Shown one piece after another: positions 52,787-64,000 of a stretch of DNA of 64,000 bases. Source of the DNA: Octopus vulgaris (lineage: Eukaryota). The first letter of the stretch is position 1, and each line of letters starts with the position of its first letter. The notes beneath the pieces are model-generated. The model searched no databases and was not told where the DNA came from. It saw only the letters and a list, made by a program, of their open reading frames with translations. The stretch covers positions 74,400,001-74,464,000 of the forward strand of contig OX597819.1 in NCBI GenBank assembly GCA_951406725.2, given 5' to 3'. The position numbers and the translations under genes were made by a program.

Positions 52787-53159
52787 CTGTTTTTATCTGT
52801 AGGTTGTTTCCTTGTGATTTGTTTTCTTTTTTGTTTCGCTGTTGGTCTAACAACGAACAAACGAAACTACAGATATAAGCATCACGCCCACAAAATGTTG
52901 ACAGGCAAACCCCCACCCAATCTGGTTCAGCTCGCCTACTTATAAACTCACTTGCGTATTTTTGTCTCTCTCTGATCTTATTTCAGCACCATACAGCAAA
53001 GTGTCAGTCAGTTGAATCATTATAAAAATCAGCAACAGCGCAGCAAACTCTCTCGGCGGTTTCTCTTGTTAACAGAAGACTTTCTTCACCAAAGTACATA
53101 TTACAGCCGCTCCTAGAACCAACCGTAAACCTGCGAAACATGTGTGCTGGTACTTGGGG
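51740..53159 (-). pseudogene. decayed multi-exon protein-kinase-fold-like gene (exons 53159-52952, 52674-52499, 52040 to about 51740)
   Basis: Canonical AG/GT boundaries with compatible phases (0, then 2). Motif order resembles kinase subdomains I-XI but the catalytic residues are replaced. Carries in-frame stops and a 4-bp duplication. Similarity judged by eye only. Confidence 0.42.
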
Positions 53160-53949
53160 CTACAGAGACGATAATGGTAAATAGTATTTTGTTTTTGTTG
53201 TTTTATTACTTCTGCTGTGTGTAATTATGTTTGTAGCCTATGTGTTTAATGTATAATACGAGCAAGTATTGTGATAGGATTGGCCAGTTCTTTGTTCAGT
53301 GTATAAGAAATGCGTAATAATGCACATACCAGCAACAGCACATGCACACACGCACGCACACTTATATAAGGAGAAAGAAATGGTTGAATGTGAGTTCGAT
53401 TCTCGGTAGGTTTTCCTGCAGACTTTTTCCTCTTTCAAGACACTTTCAAATTCCTTCATCTAGAAATCTGGGAGAAAATTTGTTGTTGAGGAATAAATTG
53501 TTTGTGGTGGTGGTGTCTAAAATCAATTGAAACGATTTCTCTATATCCCGGCAGGAATGAACGTGTGTGTGCGTGTGTAAGATCCAAGGATCAAGGTGTT
53601 GGAAGAAAGTGAGGTTCAAGCGATCCGTAGAAAATATGAAAAGAAAAAAGAACGACTTTCAAGAACAATAGTGGTTTATTGGGGTGGAAGGTTGTGGATT
53701 TTTTTCCCAGGGTTGCCGGGTGTGCGAATAAGAATCCAAGAGCTAAGGAATGGGGTGGAAAAATCCGGACTACATACGTTTCTTAGCGAGCGGAACCTCA
53801 GAAGTGGTAAATATCCAAGCGAGGCGTATACCGGAGGCTACTCTTCAGGCCCAAGGATGACTCGATTATATGAAGTTTACATATTATTTTACTTGTTTCA
53901 GTCATTTGACTGTGGCCATGCTAGATATATATATGGGTGGGGGTATAAC

Positions 53950-55140
53950 TCTTTAACCAGTTTCAGCTCGAAAGCTGCGGTCATGCTGGAGCACTACTAT
54001 TGGCTTTGCTACACCTTCATTATTTGAAACCTCCTCTGGTATGTGGCATTTGGTGAATGAGGGAGTTTGATGCTGTTGCCCTCATTTGTGTTTCCTGTCG
54101 TGAGGTAGGCTCGTCTGGAACCCTTGACAGGAGGAGATCCTGTTTTGTTTTGAAGACCCCTACATCCACACCATGCTGGTCTCTCAGGCATTTTGGAAGG
54201 ATATTGAAGAGCTGTGGGCCCTTGAAGCCCAAGCTGTTGTATCTGGTCCTGTATTTTTATGGTGATGTTCGGATCTTTGGCACTATGCAGCAGCCCCCCC
54301 CCCCGTTTTGTTGTTTGTACAGGGTAGTCCAAAAGTCACAAAAGTGTTAGTAATTCATTTGTGTTTTATTTTAAATTTATAATACTTTTAGTACCTTATA
54401 CAGAATGTATATAGGAAATATATGTACGTTAGGTGTGAAAATCACATCTTGTGTAATTAGAACAAATTTATTAAAATTTTAGACTCCTTTGTGATTTTTG
54501 GGCCACCCTGTATCAACTTTCAATGCTAAAGTTAAGTACAAGTCCTTCCATAATTTCCCAGGTGTATATCACTGCATATCTTTCCCGTCTTCGTTCTACG
54601 GAGTAGAGTCTTCACTTTTTCGGATTTTCCCAGTGGCTGACATGTTGCATTGAGAGGATTTTCTTTATGCAGCTTCGTTGGATTACTTCGAATTCCGCCG
54701 TTAATTTTTATACTGTAAGGTGACCATAGTTGGGAGCAGTAGTGTAAGCCGCTGAGGACATACGCCCTCCAAAGGACCATCATGGCTTCTCGTTCGGAAA
54801 GTTTGGAGGATCCATCCAGCTAGCCGTAAGCATTTTATTGCCAAATTAATATTATGCACCCGGAAAGATGCATCAATACTCATTTCGACGCCCAGGACAC
54901 TCACTGATTTTGATTCAGGGATTGAGATTCCTCCTGGGCGAGTGTATCCTGTCTGCGTTTCGTTCAGCTTTGTGTGCTGGTAGCACAGGGCTTGGAATTT
55001 TCCGGTATATTGCGTCTAATTCTCATTGCAGATGCGCAATATTTCCAGGCTTCTGAATCCTCTGAGAGATTTTTGTGTCATCTGCATCGCTAGTAAGGGT
55101 GGCTATCTGAGCAGCTGAGGGTATGCCTGAGAGGGCTACA
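53950..55140 (-). mobile_element. decayed CR1-like LINE 3' part
   Basis: DADDTKISQ, LAGWILQTFRTR, LHYCSQLWSP, GPQLFNILPK...LSRVPDEPTSRQE, and tail GTGCTCCAGCATGACC...CTGAAAC. Confidence 0.88.
54320..54510. mobile_element. Tc1/mariner MITE nested in the CR1 remnant
   Basis: TA-CAGGGTAGTCCAAAAGTCAC ... GTGATTTTTGGGCCACCCTG-TA. Confidence 0.88.
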
Positions 55141-55149
55141 AGGAATAAC

Positions 55150-55550
55150 CGTGGCTCTAAGACTTAACTTTGGCAATAAAGGGAGTCCTCAAATGAAGAA
55201 TATGCTAGTGTTGAAGAAGATGCAAGTGTTGAAGAAGATGCAAGTGTTGAAGAAGATGCAAGTGAAGAGACAGCTGATGGATACTATCAGAGAGAGAGAG
55301 AGAGAGTGGAGATTTGTTGGTCGTTTTCTCAGAGAGAGTGATGGAATGGGGCGTTACATGGTGGAGACTGAGTTGGTGGGAAGGAGAGCAAGAGGAAGGC
55401 AGAGAATGAAGATGTTCGAATGGATGAAGAAGAGAATGAATGTGCAGAGCAAGAAGGATCTGGGTGATGTTGCGAGAGACAGAAATAAATGGAGGAGGAA
55501 TAAGCCATGATTCGTCAAAGGCATGAGTATGCCATGACACAAGAGAGAGA
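55150..55550 (+). mobile_element. RTE-like LINE 3' end with an 18-bp tandem repeat
   Basis: WRFVGRFLRES...GRRARGRQRMKM...ARDRNKWR, with (GTGTTGAAGAAGATGCAA)x3 at 55208-55261. Confidence 0.7.
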
Positions 55551-55598
55551 AGGGGGGAGAGAGGGGGAGGGAGAGAGAGAGAGAGTGTGTGTGTGTGT

Positions 55599-56562
55599 GT
55601 GTAATTCCGCGCCCAAACCAAAGTCGGATAAAGAATTGCATAAATACAGACAAATCAAAAAGCCTCAAGCTGATGAGATGACAGTTCCCAATAAACTTAA
55701 AGGGACGTCCTCAAATGAATTCAATAAATACGAAAGATTCTTACGGCCGTTTCTGGGAATGTGCGAAGAAGTGCGTAAGTAAATATTTTTCAGCTTCATT
55801 TATCCACATTTTCCTCATCAGAGAAAACGCATGGATCCAGAATTTTTAATAAAATCATAAAATTATTCATGATATTGTCAGAACATGTTTATATACAAGT
55901 ATATAAATTTCATAAATTACGGGATTCCAGGTCGTTGAACAAACGCTCAAAATATACAACTACTAAGAATATTACAAAAAAAAAATATGAAATTTATACG
56001 TTTAGAGCTAATCCCTTCAGATTAGAAACCTCCGTATTGAAATTTTTCTCAGTATAATAATTAATTAATCTATACATTTTAAATGATTTTACCTCACCAA
56101 TTTTTTAAATCGTCCTAGGTTACATTCGTAAATATTTCATGGACTAGCTCTAAAAGTATAAATTTTTTTTGTTTTGTAATATTCTTAGGAGTTGTATACT
56201 TTGAGCGTTTGTTCAATGACCTGCAATCCTGGAATTTATTAAATTTTTATATTTGTATATAATTACAACTGCTTAAACATATTCCTACAATATCATGAAT
56301 AATTTTATGATTTTATTTAAAATTCTGGTTCCGTGCATACTCTTTAATGGAGGAAATGTGAATTAATGAAGCTGAAAAGAATTTACCTGCACATTTCTTC
56401 GCACATTCCCAGAAACGGCCGTAAGATTCTTTCGTATTTATTGCATTCGTTTGAGGCCTTTTTTGATTATTGTGAACTGCCATCTCATCAACTTGAGACT
56501 TTTTGATTTGTCTGTATTTATCCAATTCTTTATCCGACTTTGGTTTGGGTGCGGAATTACAC
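55599..56562. mobile_element. long-TIR foldback element (about 415-bp arms, about 126-bp spacer)
   Basis: 55599-56014 is the diverged reverse complement of 56141-56562 (terminus GTGTAATTCCGC[GA]CCCAAACCAAAGTCGGATAAAGAATTG). Confidence 0.9.
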
Positions 56563-59500
56563 TATCTTATATATATATGTTCCCATATTTATAATGGCTT
56601 ATATTTACCCTCTGTGTTTAGATATCTGTCGGCTTTGATGAGTATTATTGACCTTGAAATTTGTCTTTCTGAATAATTATATAGTGAGTGTGTGTGATTT
56701 CATGTTGAACCGTTAATCCCGGCCATTTCATCATATCGAACCGTTAATCTCTACACACTGTTTCTCTCTCCACTTTTCTTTCTTATTCCCTTCTGTTCAA
56801 GAGCACAGGGTCGAAACGTCAAAGACTTTCCCAGTCTTCCTCAGCGTTAAACTAACACACCTGCTTGTTGTTTCCTCATCTGTCTTTGTCTTTTGTTTTC
56901 TGTAGATTTGAACTATATATAATGTGAATGTGTGTGTCAATGTGTGCGTGTGCGCGCTAATGTGTGTGCATGCGCGAATGTGTGTGTGTTTGCGTGCGCG
57001 AATGTGTGTGGGGGTGCTTGCGTGAATGTGTGTGTGCGTGTGAGTGCGCGAATGTGTGTGTGCGCGCGAGTGTGTGTGCGCGCGAGTGTGTGTGTGTGCG
57101 TGCGTGAATGTGTGTGTGAATGTATATATGTGTATATATACACACACACATATATATGTGTGTGTGTGTTACGTGGGAGTGAACAAAAGAAAAGTAGCAA
57201 TCAATACATTTTGTTGGAGTTCGGGGACGATATATTCTCTCGAACTCTGGGCGTTCTCTCCATTTATCCTTGTATGTTAAGCGGCGAGCTGGCAGACTGG
57301 TTAGCACTTCGGATAAAATGCTCCGCGACATTTCTTCCTGTGCTTTATATTCTGAGATCAAGCCCCACCGAGGTCAAACGTGCTTTTCATTCAAGCGCGG
57401 TCAGTAAAATAAAGTACCTGTCAAGCATTGGGATCGATGTAATCGACTTGACCTCTCCCTTAAAATTGCTGACCTCGTGCCTAAATTAAAACTATTAAAT
57501 CCGTTGAATAGATGAAATTTTCATCAGTTGGCAGGATTCTTCCACTTGGAAAATACTGATTACCACAAATTTCTTTGTCTTCTTTCCTTAACTTTGTCTT
57601 CAGCATTGTAACCGAAATTATACAGAAGGCACCGTTTCAATTTTTTTTAAACGCATATAATCGATTGCCCCCACCCCAAGAGATAAACATTCGTCCAATT
57701 TTACACTATAAAGTATTGATTGTTAATTACCTGGGGGGGGGGCTACATTTTAGGAGAGTAGACGACTCTTAAGATAGGGGCCAGTGATTGCATGGAGGTT
57801 GTTATTGTATCGATTACGAAAAGATGAAATTACAAACTTAACCTCGATGAGATTTAAACTAAAAATCGAAGAGGAAGGCACAACTAACATTTTGTTCGAT
57901 GCACTTTCTCACTTCTGTCTATCCATTGCCTTCATCATAAATGAATAGCTTAAAAAAAACTTATCTCCAACAACAAATGTAACTGACGTTGTTTGAGGAA
58001 AACCGAGATGAGAAACAAAGAATGTATTTGTTCGTTTGGCCTACCAAGTGTCTTGTGTGTATTCAAAAAGTTTATTGAACAAGAACTTATCTCAAAAAAA
58101 TTGGTCTTAACTTCCTCTTCGCAGATAAGAAAGGATATTATAGTATTACCAAGAAAGAAGGCCTTATTAAAAGCAAAAAGAAGGCAATACTGCGACGAAC
58201 TGATGTTATTTTCTGTATTCTCCGACACTTAAACAGCTCAGAAACATAGAATAAACTCAGGCTTAACGGGCCTCGAAAACAGACGGACAAACAACAACAT
58301 TAACGTCATTAAAAGTAGCAGACATAGCTGCGTGCGTGCGCGCACACAACGTTCGATGTTAAACTTCTTGTTACATGTTGACATCACCCAGAAGGTGGAT
58401 ATCTTCATTCATTTATGATGGTATACCATCATTTACTGCTCGGTAAAACTGAGTTAATTGACAATTGTCTTAGTCGTGGACTCCACAGCACCATTGAAGC
58501 AATTCGAACCCTCGACTACAAGCTAGATATTATATTAGACCCTGACGAGAACAGCTACAACTACTTAAAGAACATCCGTTGTTTGCAGGTAAAAATAACA
58601 TTTTGCCAGTATTGTTATGCTGTGATTGTACGATAAAGAATTACTGGTTGGTAGCTCGGCAGACGACATCTGGTTATGTCGTCTGTTTTACTTTCTAAGC
58701 TTGATGTAATAAAATGAGACCTACTTTACTGACAACATCCCCACTTGAATATGTCTGACTTTGACTACGCTACATAAAAACAATTATTATGGTGATTTAT
58801 TGAACCCTTTAGTAATGTTGCTATTGATTGCAGAAGAAAAATCTGTTTATAGCAACAGTAGACTTGACTCAACGTAACACGATCTCCTGTAATAGAAGCT
58901 GCGGTTTTGTTGTCACCAATAGCGTTCTATCATGCAATCGCACACAATCTCCCATTACATTGTCTTTTACATTAACCCCGCCCCAATCATAGGTGAGGTT
59001 AAGGCCTGCATGCAATAATATCCTTCTGTCTTCATATTATATTAACATATAACAATGGAGGGGTAAAACCGAAAAGTATCAAATTAATTAGTCTATGATA
59101 CCTAATTTCTGTTTTCGTAACTTGTTTTTTTTCCCCCGAGGACATGATACTAATCCTTTGTATTTAGAAAGCAGACTGTAAGTGGAGCTGTCTCTGTTGA
59201 TTGCTTGACGAGGTCCACAAAATATAGAGTGGGTCACCTTCAGTCGCGGGCACCTGCTGGAGTACTTTGACTGCCTCATGCGTCACCCAATGCCGGAGCA
59301 CTTAAGTCTAAGTAAAGATACGCAGTTTTAGTGATATTTTGAAAAGCATTTTCTCTTTCACAACTGAAATATTAATGAAATAAACTCGTGAAATAGGAAA
59401 ACTCAAATATTTATCAGATTAACAGGTATTTGCCCCTGAGGATTATCCCTCATTGCACGAGATCATTGGTCTCAAGAACAATAGAGTTATTTAGATATAA

Positions 59501-60017
59501 GTGTTGTGTAAGACTTATAGAGATGCTGTACCTCTTGAAAGAATTCAAATTGACGCCATTACGACAGATGAGTTGTTACATAAAGGAGTCGACCGAATTC
59601 GTCAAGATACATTGATTTTTTTGTTTTGTTTTGTTTTGTTTTGGCGGGAGGGGGTGTATTTAGAAAATGAATGAAAAATGCTGTCGCAGTTATTTTCAAT
59701 ATTGCGAAGGCACGTGGTTTAGGTATCGTGGGCCCGTTTCATGTTGCTCTCTTCCTTCGAGCCGAATCGGCGGCAACTGATTGGGATTGGTTCAAGTGCT
59801 ACGGAAACCGAGATCAGCTCCAACGTAATGGACTAATAAGTCTTTGATTAATTTCTCAGTCTTAGTATACAGTAATCCCCTAAATTAACATCTTTTTATC
59901 TGCGCCACTTCGAGATTAGAAAATTGCTTAAAGACGAACTTTTACAAATTTTAATGAGTTGTTTTGGCCTAAATATAGTCTGAGTCGCTTTCGTTCATTG
60001 CAGGACTGCTTCCATAC

Positions 60018-60152
60018 CTGTCACATAACCAATTATAAAGATTATTTAGTTCTTCAACACAAAGGTCGTTTATTTCGTAAACAAGTAGTTTTAATTTATA
60101 ACTATGTCCAGTAAAGAATATTTTCTTAAACAAAGAACATTTCGCAAGGAAT
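60018..60152 (-). other. candidate exon (135 nt, phase 2-2) of unknown gene
   Basis: ttatag| ... GACAG|gtatgg, open frame FLAKCSLFKKIFFTGHSYKLKLLVYEINDLCVEELNNLYNWLCDR. Confidence 0.35.
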
Positions 60153-60763
60153 CTATAATTTATCAATTCTAATCACCAAAATATTGGCTTCAAATTTTGG
60201 CACAAGGCCAGCAATTTCGGGAGAAGGGGTAAGTCTATTACATCGACCCCAGTGCTCAAATGGTACTTATTTTATCGATCCCCAAATGGAGGAAAAGCAA
60301 AGTCGGCCTTGGTGGCATTTGAACACAGCATGTAAAGAAGGACGAAATGCCGCTAAGCATCCTAGCCAGCGTGCAAACGATTCTGCCAGTTCGTCGTTCT
60401 CTAATCATCAAAATATTAATTGTACCAGAATTATGTCTAGATTTAGAGAAAGGTAAGCCTCATGTCTATTTGGCCCGGTAGTCACATACGTGGCCATTTT
60501 ATAATGGAAAATAGAATTCATTCATTCTCCCAACCAAAATATTCGCTTGTTTTGTTTTTATATATAACCAGGCACAGACGTGGCTATATAGTAAGTTTTT
60601 TTTCCCAACCTTGGACAAGTGTCCTCTACTATAGCCTCGGGCTGACTAAAACTGTTAGTGGATTTAGTAGACGGAAACGGAAAGAAGCCTGTCTACCAAA
60701 TATATATAATTTAGGAAATGGAGATATTTAATGGATATAAATTAATTTAACATTTTTAATAAG

Positions 60764-60840
60764 GCCTACAATTGCTTCAATTCACACTCAATACAAATTA
60801 CAAGCCTACAGAATAAAATGTAGTAAAATATCTTCAGGGC
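60764..60840 (-). ncRNA. degenerate hammerhead motif
   Basis: GCC-CTGAAGA-(long stem II)-GAAG-CAATTG-TA-GGC. A15.1 is changed to G; the CAATTG segment is palindromic. Confidence 0.45.
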
Positions 60841-60846
60841 TAATGG

Positions 60847-62683
<1,837 letters not shown>

Positions 62684-62879
62684 GTATGTTCGTGTTTCTT
62701 GTGTGTGTGTTTGTCTCCCACCATCGCTTGACAACCAGTATTGGTTTGTGTACGTCTCTGTACGAAGCGGTTTGACAAAACATTCCCATAGAATAAGTAC
62801 CAAGCTATAAAAATAAAATAAGTGCTGGGGTTGATGCAGTCGACTAAAAATTCTTTAAAGCGGTGCTGCAGCTTGGCCG

Positions 62880-63134
62880 CAGCATGGCTGCAGCTTGACT
62901 GCAGCATGGCCGCAACTTGGCCCCAGCATGGCCGCAACTTGGCCCCAGCATGGCAGCAACTTGGCCCCAGCATGGCCGCAACTTGGCCCCAGCATCGCAG
63001 CAACTTGGCCCCACCATGGCCGCAACTTGGCCCCAGCATGGCCGCAACTTGACCCCAGCATGGCCGCAACTTGGCCCCAGCATGGCAGCAACTTGGCCCC
63101 AGCATGGCCACAACTTGGCCCCAGCATGGCCGCA
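62880..63134 (+). repeat. 22-bp minisatellite (CAGCATGGCCGCAACTTGGCCC)x10+ inside a SINE tail
   Basis: Units start at 62902 and every 22 bp through 63122; each unit is a dimer of related 11-mers. Confidence 0.95.
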
Positions 63135-63513
63135 GTCTAATGACTGAAACAAGTAAAAGAACAAAAGATAAAACCACAAGGAAAAGCGTGAAATTAAAAG
63201 AACGCTTCCTTATAATGAAATGGCTGCTCTTCAACTTGGCATTGTCTGCTGGCCGAGAACTTCCAGCTCCATTGTTTTTCAGTAATTGATCGCTTGTTCC
63301 TCCCTTTCTGTTGGTTTCATTTGTTATGGCTGTAAATTTACACAATGGAACAATACGACAGAATAATTTAAAGCACTAACGTTAGATATTCACACACACA
63401 CACACACGCACACACACATTTCGTTGTATAAAATAAATCAAATTTTTATTAAGTCTTTGAACGTCTTTCTAAAGCTAATTGCCAAATGGAAATTCGGCTC
63501 TCTCATATAAATA

Positions 63514-63746
63514 CAGGGTTGGCCAGAAGTCAACTGAGAGTAAATCAAAACCATTTAATTCCAAGATTTATCTCTGTTTAACAACTGAATGAATTTAACA
63601 AAAGCACCTAACTATGAAACAGCATGAAAATAGTTCAAACTGAAGTCCTTCGTGAGTGACACATTTTTCCATTCGAGTCAATATAGAATTACAGAGGGTA
63701 TTTATAGAATTTTGATTTACTGTCAGCTAACTTTTGGCCAACACTG
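63514..63746. mobile_element. Tc1/mariner-type MITE
   Basis: TA-CAGGGTTGGCCAGAAGTCAACTGAGAGTAAATCAAAA ... TTTTGATTTACTGTCAGCTAACTTTTGGCCAACACTG. Confidence 0.8.
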
Positions 63747-64000
63747 TGTGTGTGTATATATATATATATATATACATATTTGCTTGTTTCAGTGATTAGA
63801 CTGCGGCCATACTGGGGCACCGACTTGAATTTTAATCGAATGAATCGACCCTAGTACTTATTTTTGTTTTTAAGCCTGATGCTTATTCTATCGGTCTCTT
63901 TTGCCGAACCTCTAAATTATGAGGACGTAAACAAACCAACACCAGTTGTGAAGCGGTGATGTGAGACAAATACGTGCACACAACGACAGGGGACTTCTTT

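Noticed and set aside
58415-58636. Plus-strand 73-aa ORF with a possible donor site
   Set aside because: No recognisable motif, no clear acceptor, and no partner exons on that strand.
62880-63134. CRISPR-like array or repeat protein (ORFs 62587-63345)
   Set aside because: Head-to-tail 22-mers with no unique spacers and no cas genes, inside a SINE in eukaryotic DNA.

Overview
Repeat-saturated animal genomic DNA, most likely from an octopod cephalopod; this is inferred from the SINE families and the microsatellite load, not proven. There is no intact host protein-coding gene. The window is a mosaic of (TA)n/(TG)n/(TATG)n/(TAA)n microsatellites, three tRNA-derived SINE families, LINE remnants (CR1-like with one open RT frame, RTE-like, REL-endonuclease R4/Dong-like, an ORF1-only L1/Tx1-like piece), Penelope-like element (PLE) remnants with GIY-YIG endonuclease, and Tc1/mariner/hAT transposons and foldback MITEs. 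Two hidden layers stand out. (1) About a dozen minimal type-I hammerhead ribozyme motifs from several unrelated PLE terminal-repeat families, mostly next to (TA)n. They include non-canonical cores (compensatory U3-A8 'UUGANAA', CCGAUGA, CUGUUGA), palindromic or zero-loop stem III, tandem pairs and a perfect foldback copy. (2) A decayed multi-exon gene on the minus strand whose phase-compatible exons at 53.2-51.7 kb reconstruct a kinase-fold-like (pseudokinase-like) domain. All ribozyme folds and protein similarities were read by eye and need computational confirmation.
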